From a virus (Duplodnaviria > Caudoviricetes): 64,000 bases of DNA. Within the stretch, counting starts at the first letter, position 1. Every line of letters starts with the position of its first letter. Below the pieces are notes generated by a model. It saw only the letters and a program-made list of their open reading frames with translations, had not been told where the DNA came from and did no database searches. Positions 24,365 through 36,300 of the stretch are shown one piece after another. The position numbers and the translations under genes are program-made. Location of the stretch: IMG/VR virus record IMGVR_UViG_3300021387_000189, positions 1-64,000 of that record. One strand, written 5' to 3'.

Positions 24365-27300
24365 TTATCCTTCAGTCATTTTTCGTGTAGCCCAGTTGCC
24401 AGCATAAGCAGCTCGGATCTTAGTTCCTTGCAATGATGTTCTCACATTGTCACTATAGTCAATGTCTATTGCATCTATCCTAGCTTTCTGAGTGACTATG
24501 TTAGTGCTAGAGCTTCCTCGATTTGATGGAGATGTTCCTTTCATGTCTCCTACAACTATGCCATTCTTGCCAGCATACTTCAGAGCTGATGCATCATCAA
24601 CACGAACGAATGCTACTGGAGTCCTAGCTGATGTGCCACCTGTGACTGCATCAACTTTAGTCTCTTGATCTGAAGAGATCTGTCCAGCAAACATCTTTGC
24701 ATAGTCAGGAGCTTGATAGATCCTTCCAGCACCTCTGTTGAACATAGACTCAATAGCATCCAAGTCTCTTGCCATTCCATGCTGGAGAGTGATTGTTGCT
24801 TCAAGCTCATCTGGGAAGTCATCAGGACCAAGCTCTTGTCCAAAGTTGAATGTCACATCTTCACATATCAAGTTTCCTATCACAGCTATAGGGTTGAGTG
24901 GATTGCCTACAGTCAAGTGCCAGTTGCCTACAGGGGCTCCAATCAAGATGCTCCTCATTCCTTGCACAGATGGGAGTACAGATTGCTTGAGAGCATTAGA
25001 TCTCCACACTGCTTGTGAGTTAGCCATGATGTTGCTGAATATCTTCTTCCCTTTGTCCCATGCAGACTGGCTTCCTGTAGAGAACACAGCACCACCTACA
25101 TTCTGCAAGAGGCTGTCAGCAGAAGACGCAAGATCACTTGCAAGCTGTCCTGACAAGCTGCCAAGCAAAGTGTTGACTGCTCCGCTGAGGACTCCTAGCA
25201 CGCCCATTCCAAGATTTCCAAGAGCTTTGAGAGCATTGTCCCAGTTCCACCCTCCAGATCCAGTTCCACCACCTGCATTTATGAATCCAGTAAGAGTCTT
25301 CCTGATAGCACCATCCTGCCCAAAGAACTTGCCATTGTACATGTCTTTCAACAATCCAGGACTTATAGTAGAAGTCCATGGATACTCTCTTGGTGCTATC
25401 ATGAATCTATGTCCACCACCCCAGAACACTGCGGTAGCAGAGCACATAGTGAGCAAGTTGCCAATGATGTCAAGCATCACAGCTTTCGTGTTGATGCCAC
25501 CTATTGGATGAGCTTTGTAAGCAAACTTTAGAGTAATGCTGTTCTCAAACTTTATGCCTACTTCTCTCTTGTACACTTCGTCTATCCTGTTGAGCGGCCC
25601 TTGTATCCTGTTAGAGTAAGGACCATTAGTGTTAGGATCATGAAGTCCTGCAAACAACTGGCTTGCATTAGCAGCTCCTTCATTGAATGCATAAGGAGAC
25701 TTAGTCATTCCAAAGAACTTTGCTAGGGACAATGTCTTAGATGATATCTTTCCAAGAGTTGGGAACACATCTCTGAAAATTCCCATCTTGTCTTGGCCAA
25801 AGTTGCCAATAGCTGCATCAAGAGTCTTCTCTACTGATTGACCTGTTCCTACATCTCCTGCATCACCATTGACACCCCAAATCTCGGCTTTCACTTTACC
25901 CCAATTAAGGCCAGACTTGATCTTGAATATGTCTGATAAGTTGTTTCCTGTATCACCTCCAAAGTATGTGACACAAGTAGCTACAGGAGCAAACTTAGTC
26001 TCTAGCTTGCTGTTCACATCAGCTCCCATCAGCTCCCAGCACAAGTTGTCATATGTTGGTGCTGCATACTTCCTGAGGGTGATCATCCTGTTGTTAGGAA
26101 TCCTTCCAAAGTACTTGCAGAACACAAAGTCTTGATATGAGTATGGTGTCCTTCCCCACAGGTCATTGTTCATGAGCCTGATGATGTTTGTAGTTGTAGG
26201 GTTAGTCACATTGAGCACATCATCAGGATTCTGGTCATGAATGTCATAGAACCTCTTCTGATCTCTGATGTCGAGCATCCTGTTAGTCCCAGCTCTCACA
26301 GACCCACCTCTTAGGTCTAAGTTGTCAAGTCCATGATATATCCTAGTGACTGTGTAAGGATTCATCACAGACAGAGTACCATACAAGTCGGCATTCTTAG
26401 CTAAGTTGTTGTACTGGTCTTTTGACGCTGGCACTACATGCCCTGGATGTGCCCCTTTAGTGTTGACCGCATAGTCTACTAAGTCGGCTAGTATAGGAGA
26501 AGCTTCATCAGAAGAGAACGGTATTCTCTCAGTTCCATGCAAGAACAGATCTGTACGCCTTAGTCTGACATCAAATGGAGCATTGCCTGATTGCTGTGAT
26601 GAAGCTTTAGTTAGAGATATTGATTGTTCTCTGTCTAGGACACTGTTCATAGTAGCAACATCAATTAGAGGTGGAGTAGCTAATGATGGAGTTCCTAATG
26701 ATGATATATCTACAGGCCTAAGTCTATAAGACACTCTCTGTGCTTGCTCTGCAAGTGCAGGCTGATCAGATGTATTAGCCTCTTCAGTAGCTTGAGTCCT
26801 TTTCTTCTCTGACAATACACTAGTTATGATAGACAAAAGATCTTGCTCATTTGCAAGAGCATCTTCATCAAGAAAAGTGTCTTCTCCTCTTTGTTTCTTA
26901 GCAGCTATTAACTCTTCTAATGTCTTTATGTTACTCTGTATTTTCTTAAGACCAGTTTCTATTTCAGATATTGTCTTGTTCTTCCAAAACTTCTTCCAAT
27001 CTTCTCTTTTATTTGCTGGAGTCCCATATGCAATTTCTTTCTTTCTTAGCTTAAGAGGACTAGGAGTATCTTGGTGAACAGGCGAGCTTGAAACTTGTCT
27101 TGAATTGTATATCTTCTTGTTGTAAGCTTCATATATGATATCTTTCTCATTGAGAAGCAATTCTCTCCTCTCTACAAGTTGGTCTAGTGCTTCTTGAGCG
27201 CTTTTCAAGCCAGAAATGATAGTCTCTTTCTGCTGCTTAGAAATTCCTGGCTCTTCTTTTGCTTGCAAGCTAATCTCTATAGCTTTCTCTGCTTCTCTGA

Positions 27301-27418
27301 TGGTGAGAGACAACATCTCAATCTCTTTGCCAAATTCTCCTGTTGGGAGATACTTGACAAAGAACTTGCTCAAGATCTCACTTGCTGTCAGTTTCTCTAG
27401 TCTTTCTTGTAGTGTCAT
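24365..27418 (-). CDS. large structural protein (tail/baseplate region)
   Basis: 1017-aa ORF in the late operon; coiled-coil N-terminus, Gly-rich amphipathic segment, WHLTVGNPLNPI...FGQELGPDDFP. Confidence 0.6.
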   Translation of the reverse strand: MTLQERLEKLTASEILSKFFVKYLPTGEFGKEIEMLSLTIREAEKAIEISLQAKEEPGISKQQKETIISGLKSAQEALDQLVERRELLLNEKDIIYEAYNKKIYNSRQVSSSPVHQDTPSPLKLRKKEIAYGTPANKREDWKKFWKNKTISEIETGLKKIQSNIKTLEELIAAKKQRGEDTFLDEDALANEQDLLSIITSVLSEKKRTQATEEANTSDQPALAEQAQRVSYRLRPVDISSLGTPSLATPPLIDVATMNSVLDREQSISLTKASSQQSGNAPFDVRLRRTDLFLHGTERIPFSSDEASPILADLVDYAVNTKGAHPGHVVPASKDQYNNLAKNADLYGTLSVMNPYTVTRIYHGLDNLDLRGGSVRAGTNRMLDIRDQKRFYDIHDQNPDDVLNVTNPTTTNIIRLMNNDLWGRTPYSYQDFVFCKYFGRIPNNRMITLRKYAAPTYDNLCWELMGADVNSKLETKFAPVATCVTYFGGDTGNNLSDIFKIKSGLNWGKVKAEIWGVNGDAGDVGTGQSVEKTLDAAIGNFGQDKMGIFRDVFPTLGKISSKTLSLAKFFGMTKSPYAFNEGAANASQLFAGLHDPNTNGPYSNRIQGPLNRIDEVYKREVGIKFENSITLKFAYKAHPIGGINTKAVMLDIIGNLLTMCSATAVFWGGGHRFMIAPREYPWTSTISPGLLKDMYNGKFFGQDGAIRKTLTGFINAGGGTGSGGWNWDNALKALGNLGMGVLGVLSGAVNTLLGSLSGQLASDLASSADSLLQNVGGAVFSTGSQSAWDKGKKIFSNIMANSQAVWRSNALKQSVLPSVQGMRSILIGAPVGNWHLTVGNPLNPIAVIGNLICEDVTFNFGQELGPDDFPDELEATITLQHGMARDLDAIESMFNRGAGRIYQAPDYAKMFAGQISSDQETKVDAVTGGTSARTPVAFVRVDDASALKYAGKNGIVVGDMKGTSPSNRGSSSTNIVTQKARIDAIDIDYSDNVRTSLQGTKIRAAYAGNWATRKMTEG

Positions 27419-27426
27419 CTCTATAG

Positions 27427-28992
27427 TTATCTCTGTTGAGCTATGTAAGGGCTTTGGTTTGGTGTGACTGCACTGTCATTTATGATAGTCTTGCTGTCAT
27501 TCTTCACAAGCATTGTGCTAAGGTCTTTCTCTATTGTACTAGATGGGACCTGGCATGCTGTCTTGTAGTATCGTATGTTAGTGAGGAATATGTTGCTCTC
27601 TGTGATGTAGAACTTTCCTACTTCAAAGTCATTAGACAAGTCTCCTACTATCACATGATCTAAGACTCCAATGTTCTTGTCAGTTCCTTCAGCAAACACA
27701 AACACATCAGAAGACGGACCTAAGTTGCAAGCAAATCCTATCCATTGGTTGAATGGAATGTCTCTGTTGAGCTTGACTTCTTTCTCTTTGCTTCCAAACT
27801 TGATGTAGACAGAGTTGCTTCCAATCAAGCTTATGTTGAAGTTACACTCACCATGCTCTCTACCCATGAGAAGTGGCTTCACATTGCATTTCTTGATCTT
27901 CACATTGCCATTCCAGAATCCAGTGAGCTTCTTAGCAGCAGCTCTGTACTCTGCATTGTTAAGTGTGATCAAGTATTTCTTCTGTCCATTGACTTCTACT
28001 ACCTTGCTCACATAGCCATTCAAGTGCAAGAACGACCCTCTAGACACTACAATCTTGTCCCCTTTCTTTATAGACTCTGTATAGTTGAAGTCTTCCATCA
28101 AGAAAGAGTTCTTCTCTGCTTGCTGGACTAGCTTCCCAGCATCAGCAGACGTGTCAATGTCTTGTATCTTCACCCAGCAAGTGAATAGCCTGTTATAGTC
28201 TTTGTCTTCTGATGACACTGAGTCTCCATTCTTGTATATGATAGACTGATCCATTGAAGACAAGTCATAGTAAGACTTAGCAACTACATTGTTGTATGTG
28301 CTTACATCTCCAATCACTATGCTTCCTAAGTCTTCACTCTTGTATTGATCTCTGCTCATAGGATCTGCATTCACAAGCTGGCTTGTCTGAGGCTCATCGA
28401 TGATGTCAGCTACTTCTTCTGAAATCTCTTTGCCAAACAGCTTGTCTACGCTCACAGTCAAGTCATCTATAGTGTCTTTGACTGCATCAGGCTCTCTCCT
28501 GCTAGCTCTTGGATTGTACTTGACAAGCTGTACTTTGAAACCTGTCTCACGCTCTATGAATCCATATATGATAGTTGATGTAGACACTTCATACAAGCAG
28601 TTGAGCATCTCGACATACACAATGTCTCCTTTCTGAGGCATCACATCTTGTCCATAAGCACTTTCCCACTCAGTCTTGTCTATCTCTACCTCAAATGGAG
28701 CTTCATAGCTAAGTCCAAACAAGTCAACACTGAAGTTCCCAGGATTGTACCCAGAGTTAGTAGTCACAACTTTGAGAGACTTAGGACACTCAACATCTAA
28801 TAGAGTGTACTCATGGAAAATCACATCTTCTGACTTCTCATGTGGCACACTCCTCATCCAAGAGACTTCTATCCCTACTGCATTAGACACCATAGAGTTG
28901 ATGCTCTTTGCAGACTCATAGAAGCTTTGCAATACTTTGTTGTAGTCTATTCCTCCTATTGGCATTCCTGAAAGCCTTCTTGTGGTTTCCAA
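27427..28992 (-). CDS. neck/head-tail connector protein (T4 gp14-like) with C-terminal beta-sandwich
   Basis: DVIFHEY...DLFGL...PQKGDIVYV..LNCLYEV pattern; start may be the ATG at 28965. Confidence 0.6.
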   Translation of the reverse strand: METTRRLSGMPIGGIDYNKVLQSFYESAKSINSMVSNAVGIEVSWMRSVPHEKSEDVIFHEYTLLDVECPKSLKVVTTNSGYNPGNFSVDLFGLSYEAPFEVEIDKTEWESAYGQDVMPQKGDIVYVEMLNCLYEVSTSTIIYGFIERETGFKVQLVKYNPRASRREPDAVKDTIDDLTVSVDKLFGKEISEEVADIIDEPQTSQLVNADPMSRDQYKSEDLGSIVIGDVSTYNNVVAKSYYDLSSMDQSIIYKNGDSVSSEDKDYNRLFTCWVKIQDIDTSADAGKLVQQAEKNSFLMEDFNYTESIKKGDKIVVSRGSFLHLNGYVSKVVEVNGQKKYLITLNNAEYRAAAKKLTGFWNGNVKIKKCNVKPLLMGREHGECNFNISLIGSNSVYIKFGSKEKEVKLNRDIPFNQWIGFACNLGPSSDVFVFAEGTDKNIGVLDHVIVGDLSNDFEVGKFYITESNIFLTNIRYYKTACQVPSSTIEKDLSTMLVKNDSKTIINDSAVTPNQSPYIAQQR

Positions 28993-29020
28993 TATTTATC
29001 CATTTTTGATAAATATGTCA
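28990..29020. promoter_or_regulatory. divergent pair of T4-like late promoter motifs (GATAAATAT)
   Basis: ATATTTATC at 28992-29000 and GATAAATAT at 29008-29016; ATAAATA(T) also precedes genes at ~13816, 18291, 32032, 32646, 39011, 44123, 49563, 49588, 57093 and 57983. Confidence 0.65.
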
Positions 29021-29042
29021 AATTCACAACATCTAGTAAAGA

Positions 29043-29342
29043 ATGAAGATCAAGAGAAGTGAGATTGAGAGGATTATAAATGAAGAAGTAAGCAGGAGAA
29101 TCAAGTTCTTGAATGAGGATGGAGAAGCTGGACTTGGTGGCTTTGTGCCTGGAGGAGCATACTTCACTGGAGGCGGTGGCGCTTATGGTCCATTCCAGAC
29201 ACTCACTAACACTGTAGGGATAGGAAACCCAGTACCTGCAGGCTCAGACGGACAACCCGGCTCCGGAGACAGATTTGACAACACAGTTGCTAAGCCTGCA
29301 AAGAAGAGAAGTGCAGAAGAAACAGGAAAGAAGACCAAATAA
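29043..29342 (+). CDS. small Gly-rich protein, probable internal head protein
   Basis: MKIKRSEIERIINEEV...FLNEDG; I/L-N-E motifs as in T4-like processed head proteins. Confidence 0.6.
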   Translation: MKIKRSEIERIINEEVSRRIKFLNEDGEAGLGGFVPGGAYFTGGGGAYGPFQTLTNTVGIGNPVPAGSDGQPGSGDRFDNTVAKPAKKRSAEETGKKTK

Positions 29343-29357
29343 GTCTTCTTTCTTTGA

Positions 29358-32066
29358 TTAGTGCTTGAAGTCTTTCTTCCAACAATTGTTGCTCACAGCT
29401 AAGCAAAAAGCTTTGTTAGACTTCTTAGTCCTTAGCCTAGACAAGTAATCCCAAAGCGGAACTTCTTGTGTCTCATAGTGAGGCTTCTCATCTTTTATCC
29501 AATGTCCAGCATTGTCTACATGCCATCCTAATGTCTTTACTTTTATGTTGACTTGATCTTTCTTGTGTCTCATGAAAGACTTCATCAGGTCCAGAATCAA
29601 TATTGCATTTGTCTTAGTCAGAGCAATGCAGTCATTCTCATCTCTATCAACTTTAGTAGAGAATATCTTGTCTAAGTCTGCAACAGCTAGAGGGCCAAAG
29701 TCTTTAGGATTGTATCCACTCTTCTGAGAAGCTTTGCCATACTCTATATGGTCTATCCATCTGTATGGAGCGCCTCCAACTCTTCCAAACACTATTCTTA
29801 TCACAAAGAAATTGTCATCTCCACAATGCCAGCCTTCACCAGCCATAGTGTAGATCTCAGCAGAACTGTATAGCTTGATAGGCCAATATTCTTTAATATA
29901 TCCAGTCACATTGCAAACTGGATCAACAGTCCAGTTGCCATCTTCTTTTTGAGAGTACAGCTTGTAACTATTGAAAACAAATTGGCCTTCACTTGAATCT
30001 CTAGGCATTGGCTCTAGTGCTTCATATCTTCCTTTAGGCAACATGCCAATTTTCTTTGCTTCTCTCAACAACACACTCAAGAAGTCTTTAGAGCCATCTA
30101 TTTCCTCGTCAATTGTCTCATCTAAGTCTCTCACTGAGTTAGGAGTCGCTTCAGACTTGAACTTGCTTGACACTTTCTTGTTGAGACCTAAGTTTGCTGA
30201 TTCTTGCAAGTTGAACTTGTAAGGCATCAGGTCCTGTTGTTCTTCTAGAGGCTTAGAGTCATCATATGAAGCACAGAAAGTGACAACATTCAAGATCCTG
30301 TCTGGTGTTGCCAACCACCCAAAATACCAAAGGCTTTCATCTTTAGGGCCTATCACCATCTCAGGAGTAGCTTTTGTTGCAGAGTTCAATGTCATCACTA
30401 CAGATGTTCCTCTGTCATACAAGTTCAGTTGCCAGATTGCAGGCATATGGTCTTTCACTTTGAAGTCTGTCTCTCCAAGTCCAATTGCAAACACTACAGA
30501 TCGCTCTTCATTTGATGATGTGTCAGAGGTCTCCATCATGTCAAGTATGTCATAAGACTTCTTCTCATATGCCATGAACACATCTTTTACTTCTTTGTAT
30601 CCATTAGCATTCAAGAAGGTCTTGAGACACTCCATGACAGAGTCTATAGAAGACATGTCATAAAGAGCATCAGCTTTGTTCTTGTTTCTCTCTTTGTCTT
30701 TGCTAATGACTCTCTTTCCTAGTCCTAAAGAAGTGACTGACTCATTCAATTCACTGAAAATGTCTTTTATAGTAAGATAATCATATTCTTCAACTTTTCT
30801 AGATACAAATTCTAAGAAATCAACAATCTCTTCATGCCCAGCTCTTATTACAGACACTACAAAATCTGAATAGTCATCTATGATATTATTGATGAAGTTG
30901 TCTTTAGCTTTTAGTGTCCCATGCAGGAAATTGGCCATCAATATAGAGCCTCTAAGAACTTCTAAATGTTTTGATGTGATGTTTAGAATAGTTCCATACT
31001 CTCCAAGACAAAGCCATAGCTCATTCTTTCCTCTCACAAACACTCCACTTCCTTGGTCTTTGCCAGTGGATTGCATATGCTTGAAGATGAGGTCATTCGT
31101 AGACTTCATAGAGTCAATCAAGTCTGCATAGTGAGCTCTTGAATAGCAGCAAATCAGATTCTTGACAACTTTCTTGTAATTTGCATAAGAAATCTCTTCT
31201 ATTGCGTCTCTCTTTTCATATTTCTTCTGTACTCTGCCTGCTAGTCCAATGCTTGACAATGTCTCATTGACCTTTGGATAGTTGTCAAGATGTCTGATTT
31301 CTTCCACTTTCCTGATAGCTGCACTAGCCACCATCCTAAGAGACAAGAACAGATTAGACACACTAAGCCTGTAGCAGTATCCTATTGGGTTTCCAGAAAT
31401 TCTAAAGTAGTCTATAGAGTCTTTGCTATTCACTATCAAGTGCTCTTGAGATGACAGTGCTTTGATCTCATCTTCACTATACATCTCTTCCATAAGAGCA
31501 AGCTGACCAGCATAGTCTCCACCAAATATTCTTGAAGACATAGATCTCACTAATGTGTAGAAGAACCACTCACACTCGTTCTTCTCTAAGAAGTAAGGAA
31601 TATTGACATCTGCTTGTTCTTTGTGTTCAGTGTTAGGATACTTAAACCTTTCTGAATGTTTGTTGATTGCTTTCTGTAAAGCATCTTTGCTGAGAACTAA
31701 CACTGTGGCATACAGTTTGTCATTGTTCTTAGATGCTGTTGTCAGATTCCACTCAGGACATGTGAAAGCTATTCTTCTAGCAATAAAAGGTCCTTTCCAG
31801 TCATTGCTAGTCACTTTCCATCTTTTTGACTTGTCTATTGTCTTGAGAAGTCTCTTGATTTCTGTCTCACATTGTGAATCATCTATGAGGTCTAAGTCTT
31901 CAGTTCTGTTTCCTGCAGCTTTTTCTTCATATCGTTTAGATATTTTCTTAGAAAGACCAATCTTATATAGCTTGTATTCCTTGTCAAAGTCCATCAGAAT
32001 CAATAAATAAGCCAAATATTTGGGATTTTCCATATTTATCGAAGGACATGAATCTGAGATCCTCAT
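29358..32066 (-). CDS. modular protein with four (L/I)GL-x-K/R motif-delimited domains, putative internal head polyprotein
   Basis: KIGLSKKISKRY, VNETLSSIGLAGRVQKKY, LNESVTSLGLGKRV, LQESANLGLNKKVSSKF; true start probably at 32033 or slightly downstream. Confidence 0.65.
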   Translation of the reverse strand: MRISDSCPSINMENPKYLAYLLILMDFDKEYKLYKIGLSKKISKRYEEKAAGNRTEDLDLIDDSQCETEIKRLLKTIDKSKRWKVTSNDWKGPFIARRIAFTCPEWNLTTASKNNDKLYATVLVLSKDALQKAINKHSERFKYPNTEHKEQADVNIPYFLEKNECEWFFYTLVRSMSSRIFGGDYAGQLALMEEMYSEDEIKALSSQEHLIVNSKDSIDYFRISGNPIGYCYRLSVSNLFLSLRMVASAAIRKVEEIRHLDNYPKVNETLSSIGLAGRVQKKYEKRDAIEEISYANYKKVVKNLICCYSRAHYADLIDSMKSTNDLIFKHMQSTGKDQGSGVFVRGKNELWLCLGEYGTILNITSKHLEVLRGSILMANFLHGTLKAKDNFINNIIDDYSDFVVSVIRAGHEEIVDFLEFVSRKVEEYDYLTIKDIFSELNESVTSLGLGKRVISKDKERNKNKADALYDMSSIDSVMECLKTFLNANGYKEVKDVFMAYEKKSYDILDMMETSDTSSNEERSVVFAIGLGETDFKVKDHMPAIWQLNLYDRGTSVVMTLNSATKATPEMVIGPKDESLWYFGWLATPDRILNVVTFCASYDDSKPLEEQQDLMPYKFNLQESANLGLNKKVSSKFKSEATPNSVRDLDETIDEEIDGSKDFLSVLLREAKKIGMLPKGRYEALEPMPRDSSEGQFVFNSYKLYSQKEDGNWTVDPVCNVTGYIKEYWPIKLYSSAEIYTMAGEGWHCGDDNFFVIRIVFGRVGGAPYRWIDHIEYGKASQKSGYNPKDFGPLAVADLDKIFSTKVDRDENDCIALTKTNAILILDLMKSFMRHKKDQVNIKVKTLGWHVDNAGHWIKDEKPHYETQEVPLWDYLSRLRTKKSNKAFCLAVSNNCWKKDFKH

Positions 32067-32611
32067 ACAAGAACAGGAACAAGCCAGACTTGAGAGAGAA
32101 TGCTAAGTGGCAGCAAGGATACTTCTATCCAACTAACAAGGAGAAGTGCTTGTCACAAGTGAACATTTTCAGGTCAAGCTGGGAAGAGCACTTCATGAAG
32201 TGGTGTGACAGGAATCCAAACATAGTCCAGTGGGCTAGTGAGCCTATAGCTGTCAAGTACAGGAACCCGGTCTCTAACTTAGAGTATTGCAAGAAGAACA
32301 ACCTTGATCCTAGAGATCCAAGAAATTGGAAAGTATCTAACTACTACACTGACTTCTGGATTTCTATCAAAGGCAGGGATGGAAGTGTGAAGAAAGTGTT
32401 CATAGAGATCAAGCCTTACTCTCAGACACTTGCTCCTGAACCTATTGCTCCAAGTGCCCCTCTTAAAGAGCAGAAGGCGTACTGCAGAGCTGCTCAGACA
32501 TTCTTGATGAACAAAGCCAAGTGGGAAGCCGCAAAGAAATACTTCAATGAGCGAGGAGCGGAGTTCAGTGTGTTCACTGAGCGTACTCTAGAGAAGCTAG
32601 GATGTCTCTGA
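32048..32611 (+). CDS. head completion protein, T4 gp4-like (TnsA-type endonuclease fold)
   Basis: RSSWE..FMKWCD.NPNI..WASE, YYTDF, IEIKP..QT, NKAKWEAA. Confidence 0.9.
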   Translation: MNLRSSYKNRNKPDLRENAKWQQGYFYPTNKEKCLSQVNIFRSSWEEHFMKWCDRNPNIVQWASEPIAVKYRNPVSNLEYCKKNNLDPRDPRNWKVSNYYTDFWISIKGRDGSVKKVFIEIKPYSQTLAPEPIAPSAPLKEQKAYCRAAQTFLMNKAKWEAAKKYFNERGAEFSVFTERTLEKLGCL

Positions 32612-32690
32612 AATCTACCCAAAATTTGACTCTTGAGATCTCATAATAAATATATCACAAAAGCAATTATATCTAGATACAAATAATCGC

Positions 32691-33167
32691 ATGAAGTCAT
32701 TCAAAGAAGTCTATAATGCTAGCAAGATGCAAATGCTTGAAGCAAAGAAAACACAGATAGACAATGAGAAGGTCGCACTCTTAGAGGGTATAAAGACCGA
32801 GTTGTGCATCACTTGCAAACTCAAGGAATTGCCAAAGCAGCGACAGGATCAGGTGCTCAACATGCTGTATGAGTTCTGGTCTCCAAAGAAAGGCATCAAC
32901 AAAGCAGGAAAGGCATTCTTAGAAGAAGGCAGGATTGCTATTGACACTAAGTCTTCTGTAGCTAACATAAAGCTGTTTGCACAGAAGGAGGTCAAAGACA
33001 ACATCAATGAGTTTGCTAGGGCTTTTGTAAACAACAGAGGCAAGGAAATAGTACAACGCCTGCAAGAGAACATCCAGCACAGGTGCCAGAAGAAGATCAT
33101 GTTCAAGCCTTTGTTTGAGATGGTGTTCAAGATTGTGTCTGACAAGATTCAGAACGACAACCTGTAG
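32691..33167 (+). CDS. hypothetical basic protein
   Basis: 158-aa ORF after an ATAAATAT motif; MKSFKEV...MLEA start resembles T4-like head proteins. Confidence 0.65.
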   Translation: MKSFKEVYNASKMQMLEAKKTQIDNEKVALLEGIKTELCITCKLKELPKQRQDQVLNMLYEFWSPKKGINKAGKAFLEEGRIAIDTKSSVANIKLFAQKEVKDNINEFARAFVNNRGKEIVQRLQENIQHRCQKKIMFKPLFEMVFKIVSDKIQNDNL

Positions 33168-33222
33168 TCAAAGAGACCGAAACTTCTTTTCCTTCATTCG
33201 AGTCCTTCGATAAATTCTTGGC

Positions 33223-33248
33223 AAGCTGTCAGATGACTCTGACAGCTT
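33223..33248. terminator. bidirectional terminator between convergent genes
   Basis: AAGCTGTCAGA-TGAC-TCTGACAGCTT. Confidence 0.75.
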
Positions 33249-33307
33249 CTTTGTTGTAATATCTGAAATCTTTCCTAGGGACGTTTGTTTCTTAGCTCTG
33301 ATAAGAA

Positions 33308-36300
33308 TTAGACCATTCGCTGCAGCATGCCTCTCAGCTCACCTCTAGTAGCATCTGTGACAACAAACCTGATCTCTTCACCAAAGTATGTTGGTGGAGG
33401 TGTTTGCTGAGCAGACACATTCACATTGTTGGTTGATGGCTGAGCAGGCTGAGCAGGCTGTGGGTTTGGATTTTCTTCTGTCTTGATGATGTTAGCATCT
33501 ATCAGCATTTGCATCTGCTGTTGCTGCATCTCCATGAATATTTTGCCAAGCTGCTCTACTTTGTCCATAGAAGACTCATTGACTGCTTTCAATCCACTTG
33601 ATATGACTTGCAGCTTCTTGCCAATAGTGTCAAGGTGAGTAGTGAGGTCTTTGAGCATCCTGTTCCTCTCACCTTCATTCTTCTTGAGCTTCTTCTCTAT
33701 CTTGTCAACTGTGTCTTCAAAGTCCTTCCCAAACTTCTTGACGGTCTTTATGCTTGCTTTGATACCAGTGTCAAGCTTAGTCAAGTCAGCAAGAAGCTTA
33801 GCAAGAGTGTTCTCAAAGTTAGAAGTGCCATTGTACAGAGCTTGGTTGATCTCACCTGTAGCTTGTCTGAATATCTCATCTAAGTTCTTTATCTCTCCAG
33901 AAGAAGTCACTACTTGCTTTGTCATTCCTTCAATTGAAGAGATCTTGTTAGCAAACTCTTCTATTGGAAGAGACTTAGTCATCCTGACTTCTAAGAGCTC
34001 AAGCTTAGTCTGCAGCAGATCTATCCCAATATATGAAGATGTAGGTCCAAGACTGTTCAAAGCAGTGACAAGTGCTGCAAGAGCCATGTAGCCTTGAGCA
34101 GAAGCTTTTGTTATTATCCTTGTCACTTTGTGCACTCTGTCTGCTAAGTCTCCATAGTCTTTAGTGTACTGGTCAATAGTACTCTTGTACTTAGCTGCTG
34201 CATCTGGCAATGTAGCAGACATCAGTGTAGCAAGGTTGCTCAAGAACTCTTTCTCTTGCTGGCCAGCTTTAGTCATGTCAAGACTTCCAAAGTTGTTGAT
34301 GACTTTAGCAGCAGCAAGTATGATAGCAGCATTTGTCTTCAACCTAGAGAGTTCTTTCTTCTTCTCATCAGTTGCAAAGGATGTAATTTCTGATGATGAG
34401 AAGCTACTAGCAAAGTACACTATAGCACTAGACACTTTGAGCGTGATTGAGTCATAGTCTGTCTTGACATCAAACTCTTTCATCATCTTGCCCCATTCCC
34501 CAACAGGCTTAGCAACACCAAGTATGCTCTTCAAAGCTTTGACTACTCCTGGGACATCTTTCTCTATAGACACTAAGCCATCTCTGAGAGTAGTCACGAA
34601 CTTTGTGATTGATGTTGCAAGTGTTCCTGCAATGACAGGATATAGATCTTCGGTCTTGACAAGCTCACCATTCTTCCTCATGAAGATTGGCTTTCCATTC
34701 TTGTCATATCCTTCAATGACAAACAAGTTGTCAGATATGACTTTAGAGAAATTGCTAAGTCCAACCATCAAGTCTTTCAACCCACCTTTGCTCAAGTGCA
34801 TCAGTACTTCTTCAGCTTCAGGAGCTATTCCATTCAAGCCATCTCTCAAGCCAACTATAAATGTAGTCAATGATGACACTAGAGTGCTAGCAGCATCACC
34901 ATACATCTCTTTAGAGACTGTCTTGTAGATTGGCTTCCCATTCTTGTCATAGCTGTCAACATATCTTCCAGTAGCAAGCTTCAGTATAGAGTCAACAAAT
35001 GATGACACTCCTTTCATGAGAGGCTTCATCACTTTAGAGATGCTCTCCATTGTCTCAACTTGTTCTGGCTGGAGCTGAGCCATGCTCTCCCCAAGCACTC
35101 TCAAGAACACATTGAACCAAATCACTACACTCTTTGCAGCAGCACTGAAGTCATCAGGACTCACTTGTTTTGTCACTTTGAATGAGTCTTCAATTCCAAC
35201 AGAAACTGTGCCTGTAGTGAGCACCATCACAGCATCAACAAACTTAGAGACTGAGTCCATGATTGGAACTATTGCTTCAGACAAGCTCTTTATAGCTTTC
35301 CTCTGTGTGTACTTCATTCCTTCTGTACCAGAAATCAGAGCTTCTAAGAATCTCAAGAAATTTCCAGTTATTGCATCTGCAGCCGCTATGAATCTAGGTT
35401 CTGAAACCACTTCAGTCCTTTGATTTCCTTCTTCATCTGTTGTGGTGTATGTACCAGTTGCCATAGCCATAATAGCATCAACGAACTTGCCAACTGAGTC
35501 CATGACAGGAGACAGAGACTTTGCAATAGAGTTGATAGATGCTTGTGCAGAGTAGCTCAAGCCATCAGCACCTTTGCCAAGTTCTGTTATAAACTTTCCG
35601 AACGCTTCACTTACAGCATTTGCAGCTTTAGTGAAATCTCCAGGCTCCACTCTCTTCTTAATTTCCTCTCCATCATCTCCAGTCATTGTGTATGTTCCAG
35701 TAATGAGCTTCATGATAGCATCTACAAATGTGCCTACAGATTGCATGATAGGACCTATTGAAGTAGACAAGTAAGAGATTGTCATAGCCACAAGACCACC
35801 AGTGATGAATTTCCCTCCCCAGCTTCCGCTTCCTCCAAGCTTCCTGAATCCTGCAGCAAGTCCTTCAATGAACATCTGGAATCCGCCAGCTACAGTTGCA
35901 GCAGCTAACCCAAATACCCCTGGGTCAACTCTCTCATATATAGGCTTGCCTTTCTCATCATAGCCCGATATGAACTTCATAGTTGCTACCTGCTCTACTA
36001 TGTCTACAAACTCTCCAATTGTCCATATGAGTCCTAGCAATGGACCTGTGAATATGCCCATCACTATAGCCAGCAATGCTCCAGCAGGAGCCCAGCCTTT
36101 GACTAAGCTTGCCAGGAATCCACTGAATGCCCCACCAATCTCTCCACCTGCACTCTCAAGGTTGCCATACTCATCTTTGAGCTTCTTCCACCTTGAGACA
36201 GTTGTGATGAATAAGTTAATGACTCCCATGAGTCCTGCTAAGATAATTTCTAGTGCGGCCATCCCACCTAGTATTGCAGCCCCAAAACCAGATGTCACTA

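Noticed and set aside
32048-32611. Tn7 TnsA transposase or mobile element
   Set aside because: Motifs and late-gene context fit the T4 gp4 head completion protein, which shares the fold; no other transposon genes or ends are seen
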